Source: an uncultured bacterium
GTDB taxonomy: Bacteria > Hydrogenedentota > Hydrogenedentia > Hydrogenedentales > JAEUWI01
Length of the DNA: 27,563 bases
Assembly (NCBI GenBank): GCA_963977445.1
Contig: CAXBPH010000076.1
Location: 1 to 27,563 of the forward strand
Reading direction: 5' to 3'
The notes under the pieces were generated by a model. The model was not told the DNA's origin. It ran no database searches and saw only the letters and a list, made by a program, of their open reading frames with translations. Below are positions 1 through 9,244 of the stretch, one piece after another. Each line of letters begins with the position of its first letter. Position 1 is the first letter of the stretch. A program made the position numbers and the translations under genes.

Positions 1-1
1 C

Positions 2-640
2 CAGGGGCCCCACATCATCAGTAACTCCTGGGGATGGGACAAGGATTATAAATCCCAAGAGTCCCTTCTCCGCGATGATCCGAATTTCTACCTCGAGATG
101 AAAGATATGGAGCGGGCAATTCGGAGTGCCATTGCGCAGGGCGTAACCATTTTATTTTCCGCTGGCAATGGCGAGCAGTCTTTCCCGGCGTGCCTGCCGG
201 ATGTCATATCTGTCGGGGGAATGAGCGTCGAGCCCGATGGCCATCTTCGCCCATCGACTATGGCAGGTAGCTTCGAGAGTTTACTTTATCCCGGCCGCAC
301 GGTGCCCGATCTGTGCGGCATCGTGGGGGATGGCGGGCCCGTTCCCCAACGGGGACATATCATGTTGCCTGCGCCCAGGGGTTCTATCATTGAGGGGTCA
401 AATTTACCACTTGGGCTAACCACGCGGGGGTGGGCCATTACGTCGGGTACATCTGCGGCAACACCCCAGGTAGCCGGCGTCGTGGCCCTGATGTTGAACG
501 CTTGCCCCGACCTGAAGCCCCATGATATCAAGTCCATACTGTGCGAGACGGCCCGGGGACCTGCGTCGGGAAAAACGGGCAGCGGCCTGGTCGACGGGGA
601 GCGGGCATGTATCCGCAGCCTCGAATTGGCGACCGCCTAA
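2..640 (+). CDS. Subtilisin-like serine peptidase (S8), 5'-truncated by the window edge
   Basis: The frame is open from position 2 ([13 protein letters not shown]...) into the 98..640 ORF. It has the S8 motifs IISNSWG, FSAGN (oxyanion Asn), VISVGG and [17 protein letters not shown] (catalytic Ser). Confidence 0.9.
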   Translation, partial: QGPHIISNSWGWDKDYKSQESLLRDDPNFYLEMKDMERAIRSAIAQGVTILFSAGNGEQSFPACLPDVISVGGMSVEPDGHLRPSTMAGSFESLLYPGRTVPDLCGIVGDGGPVPQRGHIMLPAPRGSIIEGSNLPLGLTTRGWAITSGTSAATPQVAGVVALMLNACPDLKPHDIKSILCETARGPASGKTGSGLVDGERACIRSLELATA

Positions 641-1119
641 GCCTGGGACGTAGCATCCAGCAGGGCGATGGCATGGACGCTAATGGCTTCTTCCCGACCC
701 TCCGGGCCAACACCTTCATTTGTCTTGGCTTTCACCGAAATGTCACCCAGGGGAATCTGAAGGGTGGACGCCAGTTGTTCCCGGATGGCGTCGAGGTGGG
801 GGTTCAGTTTCGGACGCTGGGCAATAACGGTTGCGTCGATATTCACAATACGATAACCCAAGGCCGCTACGCGGGACCACGCTTCCGTTAAGAGCACGAG
901 GCTGTCGGCTCCCTTGAAGGCGGGGTCCGTATCCGGGAAGAGCTGTCCAATATTTCCAAGGGCGACGGCACCCAACAACGCATCGGTAATCGCGTGGGCG
1001 AGGACATCCGCATCGGAATGACCCACCATACCTTTTTCATGGGGGATAGAGACCCCACCAAGTATGAGGGGGTGGCCGGCTTCGAGCCGATGGAGATCGT
1101 ATCCTTGTCCTATGCGCAT
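637..1119 (-). CDS. ispF: 2-C-methyl-D-erythritol 2,4-cyclodiphosphate synthase
   Basis: [37 protein letters not shown] and KAKTNEG motifs. Overlaps the ispD stop region. Confidence 0.97.
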   Translation of the reverse strand: MRIGQGYDLHRLEAGHPLILGGVSIPHEKGMVGHSDADVLAHAITDALLGAVALGNIGQLFPDTDPAFKGADSLVLLTEAWSRVAALGYRIVNIDATVIAQRPKLNPHLDAIREQLASTLQIPLGDISVKAKTNEGVGPEGREEAISVHAIALLDATSQA

Positions 1120-1805
1120 GATAAATTCTTCTCTATGATGGCTTCTGCGAAAACCAGATCCGTCGGGGTCGTGACTTTTAAATTGCTGGGCGCGCCGTGC
1201 ACCAGCTTTACCGGGTGACCGAAACGCCGCACCAAAGTGGCGTCATCGGTGCCCTGAAAGCCTTTGGCGAGAGCGTCGGCATGGGCCGCCCGAATGATGT
1301 CCACCTGAAAGGTCTGGGGCGTCTGGCAGGACCAGACGGTCTTACGATCGGGGGTATCCTGCAAAAACGATTCGTCATCGCCGATCAACACGGTATCTAT
1401 GGTGGGTAGGGCCACGGTGGCCGCCCCATAGGTCGCCGCCGCCGTGAAGGAGGCTTCGATGGCTTCTGCATTGACAAAGGGACGGGCCGCATCGTGAATG
1501 GCACAGAGCCGGGTTTCCGCGCTCAACGCGTCCAGGGCCTTACGCACACTGTCCTGGCGTTCCGCGCCCCCATCAACCAGGGTAATTCTATTGCCTGGAA
1601 AGGCCGTTGCGAGAAGGGTTTCGAAGGCGCCCCGATGTGAATCGGGTATGGCAATGATGGCGTTGTTGGCCAAATCGCAGGCGGCAAAGGCCGTCAAGGT
1701 GCGAATCAACATGGGTATCCCGCAGAGGGGGACCAAGGCCTTCGGTACGGCACATCCCAATCGCTCTCCGAGACCGCCCGCAGGTATGATTACCTGCCGG
1801 GTCAC
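1110..1805 (-). CDS. ispD: 2-C-methyl-D-erythritol 4-phosphate cytidylyltransferase
   Basis: [41 protein letters not shown] and [10 protein letters not shown] motifs. Confidence 0.96.
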   Translation of the reverse strand: MTRQVIIPAGGLGERLGCAVPKALVPLCGIPMLIRTLTAFAACDLANNAIIAIPDSHRGAFETLLATAFPGNRITLVDGGAERQDSVRKALDALSAETRLCAIHDAARPFVNAEAIEASFTAAATYGAATVALPTIDTVLIGDDESFLQDTPDRKTVWSCQTPQTFQVDIIRAAHADALAKGFQGTDDATLVRRFGHPVKLVHGAPSNLKVTTPTDLVFAEAIIEKNLSCA

Positions 1806-2839
1806 GACAATACGTTGTCGAATCGGGTGAAAATCATGCGACCGGCAGCGGTCTGAAGCACACTGGTAACGACAACCTGAACCAGCTTGCCCATGTGTAC
1901 CCGGCCGCCGTCAACCACCACCATGGTGCCATCGTCGAGATATCCGACGCCCTGGCTGGCTTCTTTGCCCTCTTTAATAATCTTCACTTCCATTTGCTCA
2001 TCCGGTAAGACGGCGGGCTTCAGCGCATTCGCGAGGTCGTTGATATTCATGACCACAACGCCTTCAATCTGGGCTACTTTATTGAGATTGAAATCGTTGG
2101 TAAGAATCTTTGCCTGAAATTTCTGGGCAAGCCGTACCAGTTTGCTGTCTACTTCACGCACGTCCTGGGGGTCATCTTCAATGACTTCGACAGCCACTTT
2201 CGAGGCTTCCCGTTGTAATTCTTTCAGAATATCTAAACCGCGACGACCTTTGGCGCGCCGCAACACGTCGGAAGAGTCCGCGATATGTTGAAGTTCATGC
2301 AATACAAAGCGGGGGACCAGCAGGGTGCCTTCAATAAAACCGCTGTCGCAGATGTCTGAAATACGGCCATCGATGATAACGCTGGTGTCGACCAGTTTCA
2401 GTGTGTTGGCGGTGACTTTGTTGCGTTCAACCGCTGAAAGGAGTGATTGCCACGCGGAGCCGAACTTCAACCCCAGGAAAATACCCATGAAACCGAAAAT
2501 AAGAACAAAAGTAACACTGAGATAAATGCGAAAATTGAGCGTCGCTTCGGGAACCCACATGAGAAGCCAGGTAGCAACGCCATATCCAAATATGATGCCA
2601 ATGACAATGGCGACCATGGCGGGGGCGAGTTTTTCATAAACGGCTTGCGTAATAAAACGGAGTAAGAGCGATACGACGAATCCTGCCCCACCGCCGAGAG
2701 CTGCCCCAAAGATATACCAGGGCATGGGACTGCGAATGGGCGCGGTCGGATAGGCCATTTCATGGGCATAGCCTCCCCAGATGACCCCCATAATGACACA
2801 GGCGAATATAAAAATAGACCGTATAAGTTTTTCTGACAT
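1802..2839 (-). CDS. yacL: Membrane-anchored PIN and TRAM domain protein (YacL family)
   Basis: Four N-terminal hydrophobic segments; PIN motifs VDTSVIIDGRI and TNDFNLNKVA; TRAM motif GVGYLDDGTMVVV..VTSVLQTAAGRMIF. A 4-bp GTGA overlap with ispD matches the known yacL-ispD-ispF order. Confidence 0.92.
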   Translation of the reverse strand: MSEKLIRSIFIFACVIMGVIWGGYAHEMAYPTAPIRSPMPWYIFGAALGGGAGFVVSLLLRFITQAVYEKLAPAMVAIVIGIIFGYGVATWLLMWVPEATLNFRIYLSVTFVLIFGFMGIFLGLKFGSAWQSLLSAVERNKVTANTLKLVDTSVIIDGRISDICDSGFIEGTLLVPRFVLHELQHIADSSDVLRRAKGRRGLDILKELQREASKVAVEVIEDDPQDVREVDSKLVRLAQKFQAKILTNDFNLNKVAQIEGVVVMNINDLANALKPAVLPDEQMEVKIIKEGKEASQGVGYLDDGTMVVVDGGRVHMGKLVQVVVTSVLQTAAGRMIFTRFDNVLS

Positions 2840-2919
2840 ATAAATACCTCAACGCGTAGTCCAGCGTATAAAACGGCCCCCAAGGCCCGCACCGTCCAAT
2901 CTCCCGTAGATCGTTGACA

Positions 2920-2928
2920 ATTCTATCA
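2920..2928 (-). promoter_or_regulatory. Possible extended -10 element (TGaTAGAAT) for yacL-ispD-ispF
   Basis: The minus strand reads TGATAGAAT in an AT-rich gap about 80 nt upstream of the yacL start. No clear -35. Confidence 0.3.
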
Positions 2929-2957
2929 TAATAAAAAGAATTTCGCTATGTCTCCAA

Positions 2958-3791
2958 TCATCCAGGAGAAGAAATTTCCTTCACCACGGCAGTAACCAGC
3001 TGAGTCAATTTGGGCTCTGCTTTATTTGCGGTGGCGATTATTTTCTCAATATCTACGGGTTCCAGTGCATCGGGGAAACATTCGTCGGTGATAATTGAAA
3101 ATCCGAGGACCTGTAAGCCAGCGTGTACCGCGACAATTACCTCGGGAACGGTACTCATGCCCACGGCATCTGCCCCGATGGTGCCCATCATCCGATATTC
3201 TGCCCGGGTTTCAAGGCATGGGCCCGTGCAGGCAAGATAAACACCACGTTGAGTCTTAATACCCATGGCCAGGGCTTTGGTTTCCGCTATTTCGAGAAGG
3301 GATTCCGTGTAGGGTTCGCACATATCGGGAAAACGGGGACCGAGGGCATCATCATTGGGGCCAATAAGGGGATTGTCCCCCATAAAATTGATGTGATCGG
3401 CGATAAGCATGATGTCGCCTGCCCGGAATTGCGTATTAAGACCACCCGCCGCATTGGAAACGACAAGGGTATGGACGCCCAGGGCTTTCGCCACGCGGAC
3501 CGGAAAGGTCACTTCCTGCATGGAATAGCCTTCATAGACGTGGAACCGACCTGAAAGCGCGATTACCGGTACGTCGCCCAAATGTCCGAGAACGAGCTCT
3601 CCGGCGTGGGTATCGACGGTGGAAGTCGGGAAGTGGGGCAGGGTGCCATAGGGAATACGATGCGAGACAGTAATCCCATCGACCAACCCGCCCAGGCCCG
3701 TGCCTAGAATAATCGCGATTTTTGGTTTCAGGGAAGACTGATTGCGAATCGCCTCCGCAGCTTCTTCTACCTGTTGACTGAGAATGACCAT
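2958..3791 (-). CDS. punA: Purine nucleoside phosphorylase (trimeric PNP-I family)
   Basis: IILGTGLG, HAGELVLG, GRFHVYEG, SNAAGGLN, DHINF, GPRFPDM, GPCLETRAE and DAVGMSTVPEV motifs. GAGGT SD upstream. Confidence 0.93.
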   Translation of the reverse strand: MVILSQQVEEAAEAIRNQSSLKPKIAIILGTGLGGLVDGITVSHRIPYGTLPHFPTSTVDTHAGELVLGHLGDVPVIALSGRFHVYEGYSMQEVTFPVRVAKALGVHTLVVSNAAGGLNTQFRAGDIMLIADHINFMGDNPLIGPNDDALGPRFPDMCEPYTESLLEIAETKALAMGIKTQRGVYLACTGPCLETRAEYRMMGTIGADAVGMSTVPEVIVAVHAGLQVLGFSIITDECFPDALEPVDIEKIIATANKAEPKLTQLVTAVVKEISSPG

Positions 3792-3868
3792 GTTTACCTC
3801 ACAATGTCACTGAGATTATATCGATTAATACCCGCATCAATAGAAAGTATTCACAAGAAAGGGGGGAG

Positions 3869-4171
3869 TCAGGACGTGCCCCCGCCCAGCCGCTCTAATA
3901 CGTAAGACGGTTGGGTCTCCGCAATAAACAGCGTCTTTTCCCGGCTCTGCTCACCCGATCGGATTGCCACCAGCCGTCGACGCACTTTCAGAAACTTCGC
4001 TACAAAACGAATTAAGGCGTCGTTTGCTGCTCCGTCTACCGGTGGGGCCGTGAGCGCAATGCGGATTCGGCCGTCCGACTCCACAATCAATGCATCACGG
4101 GATGCCTTGGGTTGGACGCGAACCCGTATGACTACACCATCGCCCGTATCTTCTATGGCGGGCTTCGTCAC
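3869..4171 (-). CDS. yggU: DUF167 (YggU-family) protein
   Basis: VRVQPKASR, APPVDGAANDAL and SGEQSREK motifs. GTG start 1 nt after the accA stop. Confidence 0.9.
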   Translation of the reverse strand: MTKPAIEDTGDGVVIRVRVQPKASRDALIVESDGRIRIALTAPPVDGAANDALIRFVAKFLKVRRRLVAIRSGEQSREKTLFIAETQPSYVLERLGGGTS

Positions 4172-4172
4172 A

Positions 4173-5198
4173 CTACTCCGAGATTTCGGTCGGAACTTCG
4201 GCCTCGGGAGCTGTTTCTTCTATCGGCGTTTCCTTGATGGGCCCGGGCGCGTTTTCGAGCCACTGGCCCAATTTCTGAAAACGTTTCTGACGGGCTTCGA
4301 TACTCCACGTTCCGTCCTGTGAGCGCTTCAGGAATGCAGCGATCTCTTCGCTCATGGATGCGGCCGAAGCTTCAAGATCGCGATGGGCTCCACCATTGGG
4401 TTCCTTGAGGATACTGTCGACCACGCCGAGGGCCTGCAATTCGGATGCGGATACCCGCAATGCCGATGCGGCCAATTCTTTTTTCTCTACGTCGCGCCAG
4501 AGAATCTCCGCGCAACGCTCGGGGGGGCAGATGACATATACGGCATTTTCAAACATGGCAATATGGTCACCGACTGCGATGGCCAAGGCACCACCACTGC
4601 CGCCTTCACTCAAGATTATGCACAATATGGGCGTCTTAATCTTGAAAGATTCCAGCAGATTGTAGGCAATGGCATAGCCCTGACCATGGGCTTCTGCTTC
4701 GATGCCCGGGTGGGCCGCCGGGGTATCCACGATCGTGATTATGGGGTGACCCAGGCGTTCCGCCATGCGAAATACCCGTAACGCCTTGCGATAGCCTTCG
4801 GGGTGGGCCATTCCAAAGTTACAACGCACCTTTTCATCCGTGTCCACCCCTTTTTGTTGTCCGACAACAAAAACGGTCTGGCCCTGGAAGCGTGCGATAC
4901 CGGTAACCATGGCAGGATCATCACCCAAGGCACGATCGCCGTGGAGTTCCACAAAGTCGTCAAAGACTTCGGTTACGAAGTTGCGCATACGGGGACGCTG
5001 GGGATGACGGGCCAGTTGGACTCGTTCCCAGGAGGAAATGTTGGAGAATATGGCTTCCCGCTGTGCGTCCCGTTCTGCGACCAGTTCGGCACGTCGTTCG
5101 TCGGTCTCAGCAGCGGCTATCTGTTCTTCGATATCGAGAAGGGGTCGTTCAAATGGTAGAACGACATCGGCGGTTTTCTTTGAGCGTATTAATTGCAA
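4173..5198 (-). CDS. accA: Acetyl/acyl-CoA carboxylase carboxyltransferase alpha subunit
   Basis: LPFERP, VQLARHPQRP, ELHGDR, NFGMAHPEGYRKALR, EGGSGGALA and EPNGGAHRD motifs. The likely start is TTG at 5198, preceded by GGGGTGA, rather than the track's 5306. Confidence 0.9.
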   Translation of the reverse strand: MQLIRSKKTADVVLPFERPLLDIEEQIAAAETDERRAELVAERDAQREAIFSNISSWERVQLARHPQRPRMRNFVTEVFDDFVELHGDRALGDDPAMVTGIARFQGQTVFVVGQQKGVDTDEKVRCNFGMAHPEGYRKALRVFRMAERLGHPIITIVDTPAAHPGIEAEAHGQGYAIAYNLLESFKIKTPILCIILSEGGSGGALAIAVGDHIAMFENAVYVICPPERCAEILWRDVEKKELAASALRVSASELQALGVVDSILKEPNGGAHRDLEASAASMSEEIAAFLKRSQDGTWSIEARQKRFQKLGQWLENAPGPIKETPIEETAPEAEVPTEISE

Positions 5199-5402
5199 TT
5201 TACGATCACCCCAGCACGGGTAGGCTGTGCGACGACCATGGGGTACATGGGCCGAGCACGGCAGACTGAAAAGTAAGGAAAAAGGCTTCCATTGCCAACG
5301 TTCCATCCCTCATAGGAGAGAGGACTGGCGACGGAGTGCCATAGGGTCAAACAAACGTGTCAAGAGTCTATCAAGCAAAGGTGACCCTGAACAAGCCCCG
5401 CC

Positions 5403-5411
5403 ATTATAACA
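5403..5411 (-). promoter_or_regulatory. Extended -10 promoter element (TGtTATAAT) upstream of accA
   Basis: Perfect TGnTATAAT on the minus strand, just downstream of the terminator of the preceding unit and about 200 nt before accA. Confidence 0.5.
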
Positions 5412-5471
5412 CGAATTCCCAGCAGACTTGGAGTCACTTGCCATGCGCTCTGATAAGAAGACGGAGGACAC

Positions 5472-5510
5472 AAAAAAACCTCGGACGGGGGTTGAGTTAC
5501 CCTTCCGAGG
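5472..5510 (-). terminator. Intrinsic terminator of the 45-aa microprotein gene
   Basis: The minus strand reads CCTCGGA-AGGGTAACTCAACCCCCG-TCCGAGG followed by TTTTTTT. Confidence 0.85.
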
Positions 5511-5538
5511 CATTCAGGCTGACGATGCTTCTGCCGAC

Positions 5539-5676
5539 TTATACCGTTTCCAGTACCTCGCCGAAATACTCATAGTAACACTCGGCATGCCAACACTCAC
5601 CTTCAAGGTCTACGGCTTCGCCAAATTCGAAGTCGACGTCTTCAATGTGTTCATTACATAATGTGCACTGTTTCAT
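5539..5676 (-). CDS. 45-aa acidic zinc-finger microprotein (C-x2-C-x22-H-x2-C, LIM-like half domain); not in the ORF track
   Basis: Manual translation: MKQCTLCNEHIEDVDFEFGEAVDLEGECWHAECYYEYFGEVLETV*. SD AAGGAGGTGA lies 8 nt upstream, and the gene has its own promoter and terminator. Confidence 0.85.
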   Translation of the reverse strand: MKQCTLCNEHIEDVDFEFGEAVDLEGECWHAECYYEYFGEVLETV

Positions 5677-5739
5677 GGATACAATCACCTCCTTTTCGCG
5701 GTTAATTTTAGTGTGCGCAGTGCGCGCAAACTTGTCCGG

Positions 5740-5768
5740 CTTATACCACGAAAATTTCGGTGTGTCAA
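5740..5768 (-). promoter_or_regulatory. Sigma70-type promoter of the microprotein gene
   Basis: Minus strand TTGACA-17 nt-TATAAG with a TG extension (TGgTATAAG) and an AT-rich upstream tract. Confidence 0.75.
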
Positions 5769-5999
5769 GAAAAAATAGTCGAATTAGAATTTTTTTCTGT
5801 TTTTAAGTGTGACTAAAACGTTATGTTTGCGTCATATGTTTTGTAAGTAACTGCAATATAACATCTTGCGTTTAGCAAAAAACAACCTGCTTCCTCATGG
5901 TATTTTGGGGAATTTGGGGAGAAAATCTGCAAAAACGTCGCAAATTTCATCCCGAATACCCCGTATTGTAGCCTGTAATAGACGCACTCAGAAATCGGT

Positions 6000-6830
6000 T
6001 CAGGGGAAGGAAATCGTCGCGATTACAGGAAAATGATCGGATGGATAGTGCCCATTTTCGCCTTTATCATGGATGGTGCAGTCGCTGACCGTCACTTTGT
6101 CGGACACCATAATCCAGTCAATCCGGCGATCACTCGTTGGTACTTCAAATCCATTCCACGTATTGGCTGGGCCCTGGCGCTTGGAGGCATTATCCCAGGC
6201 ATCATGAAATCCCCCTTCGATGAGTGCGGTCCAAGGGAGGCTGTCGCCGCCGAGGGCGTTGAAATCGCCCGTGAGAATTACTGGTAGGGACTCTGATTTA
6301 AGGATGGTAGCGAGGAGTTTTGCACTTTCCTCCCGGGCCACCTGACCTTTGTGGTCAAAATGTGTGTTATAGAAGACGAAGGGAACCTTTTCTTGTATAT
6401 GAAAAAACTTGACCCGTGTCGCAATACGGGGCAAACTGGAGTCCCAGGATTTTGATCCGGGCAATTCGGGGCTTTCAGAGAGCCAGTGATGACTGGTCTC
6501 AATCGGCAAGAGAGCCGATTTCCGATAGAACACGGCCGTCATTTCACCCGTGCCATCTTCCTGTCTCCCGAGTCCTATCCATCCATATTCAGGCAGTGCC
6601 TCGGCAATGTATGCTGCCTGGAAGTCGAGGCACTCCTGGGTTCCGAGAATATCGGGAGCGGCCTCCCGAATTGTCTTTACCAGGAGCGCTTTTCGGTGCT
6701 CCCAATCGTTGTCGCCGTCCTGCGCTGAGCCATATCGGACGTTGAAGGACATAATTTTACATTCCACGGCGTACAGGTCTGTGCTGAGTAGTGTGGCGAG
6801 GATAAGGACGACAAGATATAACGGTTTCAT
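6000..6830 (-). CDS. Secreted endonuclease/exonuclease/phosphatase (EEP) family protein
   Basis: Signal peptide MKPLYLVVLILATLLSTDLYA; motifs MSFNVR, DILGTQE, NTHFDH, ILTGDFN, RIDWI and SDHFPV. GAGGT SD supports a start at 6830. Confidence 0.92.
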   Translation of the reverse strand: MKPLYLVVLILATLLSTDLYAVECKIMSFNVRYGSAQDGDNDWEHRKALLVKTIREAAPDILGTQECLDFQAAYIAEALPEYGWIGLGRQEDGTGEMTAVFYRKSALLPIETSHHWLSESPELPGSKSWDSSLPRIATRVKFFHIQEKVPFVFYNTHFDHKGQVAREESAKLLATILKSESLPVILTGDFNALGGDSLPWTALIEGGFHDAWDNASKRQGPANTWNGFEVPTSDRRIDWIMVSDKVTVSDCTIHDKGENGHYPSDHFPVIATISFP

Positions 6831-6987
6831 GGGGGACCTCACAGGTGGTTACGGTACGATTCATGTGCTGACAGGAAAGGGGCGGTAGCCCGCAGGTGGA
6901 TTCAATACAGCTTATGCTGGCAGAATGCGTGACGGAAGTGCAACCGTTGTGCCGGTAGAGCCGAGCACAATTTGCTCAGGAGTTTTC

Positions 6988-7578
6988 ATGGTCGAACCGA
7001 AAAATCATCCGATACACCTGGTCGCTGTGGCTGGAAGTGTCCGCCGTGACGGGTATACCCGTCAGTTTTTGGATATATTGCTTGGGGTATTGGGGGAATA
7101 TCCCGACGTTACGTTGGATTGTATTGACCCCACGGATTATTCTCTCGCCTTTCCTGGACAACCGGAAGCCGTTGCCCTGCAGGAAGCGTTGATGGAACGG
7201 TGTCGTCACGCGGATGGGTTTATTCTGTCTACTCCCGAATACCATGGCAGCTATAGCAGTGTTTTGAAGGTGCTAATCGACAATATGGGGTACCCGTCCA
7301 TAATGGAGGGGAAACCCGTTTCGCTGCTTGGTATCGCGGCCGGACGTCTGGGTGCCATAAAATCGCTGGAGCATCTGCGAAGCGTCAGCTCCCATCTGGG
7401 CGCGGTTGTGCTGCCCTATCCTGTTTCGGTATCGGAGGCCCATACCAAACTTGATGAAAACGGAAAATGTGTAGACAAAGACCTGAATGAACTGATCCAC
7501 AAATGCGCAGAACAGTTGGTTCGCTATACCCGCAATCATGTTTCCCGACGTGGTGGGTCCTCGGAAGTGGTGGGCTGA
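6988..7578 (+). CDS. NAD(P)H-dependent FMN reductase (flavodoxin-like)
   Basis: AGSVRRDG, ADGFILSTPEYHGSYSSVLKVLID, GKPV and GRLGA motifs. AGGAG SD supports a start at 6988. Confidence 0.9.
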   Translation: MVEPKNHPIHLVAVAGSVRRDGYTRQFLDILLGVLGEYPDVTLDCIDPTDYSLAFPGQPEAVALQEALMERCRHADGFILSTPEYHGSYSSVLKVLIDNMGYPSIMEGKPVSLLGIAAGRLGAIKSLEHLRSVSSHLGAVVLPYPVSVSEAHTKLDENGKCVDKDLNELIHKCAEQLVRYTRNHVSRRGGSSEVVG

Positions 7579-7991
7579 GCGGCATTGTCCGCGGGAGACA
7601 CGTCTTGAGCGTGTGGAAGATCTTCACTGCTCATGTCGGTCAGAATTTTTTGGGTAAATCCAAGCTTGATGAACGACCCATCAGGATTGTCCCAGATATA
7701 CCAGGAAATCAGGGTGGGGGAGGTATATCCTTCAACGCCTTCACTATAGGTAGATTCCTGACGACTGGGATCCATGCCGAGGAAATCCACCACATCCTGG
7801 TAGGGGGTATCGTAGAGTAGTTGGTCGTATATTTCCTGGGTCACGATAGTGCGAGGTGGTGGCTGCAGGGGGTCAATGACTTCCTCAGGCGGCGGCGGCG
7901 GCTCCTGCGTACACCCAGCGATGGACGCGAGCGCTACCAGTATCAGACCACAACACAACTCGTTGTAGCCCCGGCGTTTGGTGCCGGACAT
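7536..7991 (-). CDS. Lipoprotein with a DUF3862/BLIP-like domain
   Basis: Lipobox-like LASIAG-C, a Pro-rich linker, then YDQL...YQDVVDFLG...YIWDNPDGS..LGF, resembling DUF3862/BLIP-like repeats. GAGGGG SD before the ATG at 7991. Confidence 0.7.
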   Translation of the reverse strand: MSGTKRRGYNELCCGLILVALASIAGCTQEPPPPPEEVIDPLQPPPRTIVTQEIYDQLLYDTPYQDVVDFLGMDPSRQESTYSEGVEGYTSPTLISWYIWDNPDGSFIKLGFTQKILTDMSSEDLPHAQDVSPADNAAQPTTSEDPPRRET

Positions 7992-8027
7992 GATACCCCT
8001 CTTCAAGAGAATGCGTGTGTTCATTGA

Positions 8028-9059
8028 TTATACCCCGTCCAGTTCAACACGATTTCTACCAAGTTCTTTGGCGCGGTAGAGCGCCTGATCGGCCGCGTTA
8101 ACAATCTCGCCCGGTGCGTTGCGGGTCTGGTCGAATTGGGCAACACCGATGCTTGTGGTTACGGAAAGCTCCTGCTCATCCGCACCCTGAAATCGGTGCT
8201 GCCGTATTTGGCGACATAGTTTGTTTGCCAGAAGTGCCGCTTCCTGAAGCGCAGTCTCCGGCAGAATAACCGTCATTTCTTCTCCACCGTAGCGGCAGCA
8301 AATGTCCGAATCACGGGTGTTTTTCTCCAGGAGTCGGGCAAATTGCTGGAGCACGAGGTCGCCTGTCTGGTGACCATGGGTATCGTTAAACTTTTTAAAA
8401 TGGTCGATATCGAAAAGCATGATAGAGAATACGCGGTCATAGCGGGTGGCTGCCGCGAATTCTTCTTCCAGGCGGAGATCAAAATAGCGCCTTACGAAGA
8501 GCCCCGTAAGCCCATCTGTCACGGCCAGGGCATAAAGTTTTGCATTGTGAATTGCGATGGCAATCTGAGAGCCCATCTGTCGGAAAAGGACCTGATCATC
8601 TTCCCGAAAGGTCACGCCGTCCTCCGGCCCTTCGAGTACGAGAATGCCCAGTGGTTGGTTTTTGGCAATCAAGGGGATAACGGCTTCCGACTGATCGCCA
8701 GAATTTCTCAGCACCACTTGCCGGTCGCGCAGGGTTTTTTCGAATCGCGTGCCCCGTGCCGGCACGGCGTCTTCTTCGAGTCGCTGCCGGTCAATGAGAT
8801 CTTTGCCGTACTTTGCAACAAGAGGCTGGAGGAATTCACCGTCTTTACTGAGCTCATAGAGCGTCAGACGCCGCACATTGAGGGCCCCCTGAACGACGTT
8901 GGCGATAATTGGCAACGCTTCATGAAGCTCCAGGGTTTCGGTGATGGCAAGTCCTATTTCACGCAAGGTCGACAAATGGTCAACCTGACGTACCAGTTGC
9001 ATGTTTCTGCGGTACAGTACATCGAAATCACCAACCCGTTCTGATTTTTCGTGATCCAA
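8028..9059 (-). CDS. GAF-domain diguanylate cyclase
   Basis: GAF region followed by TDGLTGL, FDIDHFKKFNDTHGHQTGD, I-site RDSD and RYGGEEM. AAGGAG SD before the TTG start. Confidence 0.95.
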   Translation of the reverse strand: MDHEKSERVGDFDVLYRRNMQLVRQVDHLSTLREIGLAITETLELHEALPIIANVVQGALNVRRLTLYELSKDGEFLQPLVAKYGKDLIDRQRLEEDAVPARGTRFEKTLRDRQVVLRNSGDQSEAVIPLIAKNQPLGILVLEGPEDGVTFREDDQVLFRQMGSQIAIAIHNAKLYALAVTDGLTGLFVRRYFDLRLEEEFAAATRYDRVFSIMLFDIDHFKKFNDTHGHQTGDLVLQQFARLLEKNTRDSDICCRYGGEEMTVILPETALQEAALLANKLCRQIRQHRFQGADEQELSVTTSIGVAQFDQTRNAPGEIVNAADQALYRAKELGRNRVELDGV

Positions 9060-9244
9060 TGTGTGCTCCTTCTTCCTCTGAGGGCATCATAGCACGCCTT
9101 TCGGGGGATGTAAAAATGATATTTTTCGTGTGGTCACGAACGGGGAAGTGGATGGGGCGCCAGTTATCCCATTGGATTCAGATGATGCAAATTCGCGAAA
9201 GTTGTGTATACTAATTAACGGGATGTGGCGCGGATAGAAGTAAC

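Noticed and set aside
3809..3835. CTGAGA...ATACCCG resembling the TPP riboswitch core
   Set aside because: It is on the strand opposite the flanking genes, and the downstream ACCTGA..GGATAATGCCAGCGTAGG half is absent.
5428..5661. Plus-strand 77-aa ORF, and the overlapping 5357..5575 and 5310..5513 ORFs
   Set aside because: They are antisense to the better-supported 45-aa gene or run through its terminator, and they show no motifs.
5843..5869. Imperfect 27-bp palindrome-like word GTAAGT...TCTTGC, with a loose look-alike near 26868-26894
   Set aside because: There are too many mismatches in AT-rich DNA to call a repeat family without a genome-wide scan.
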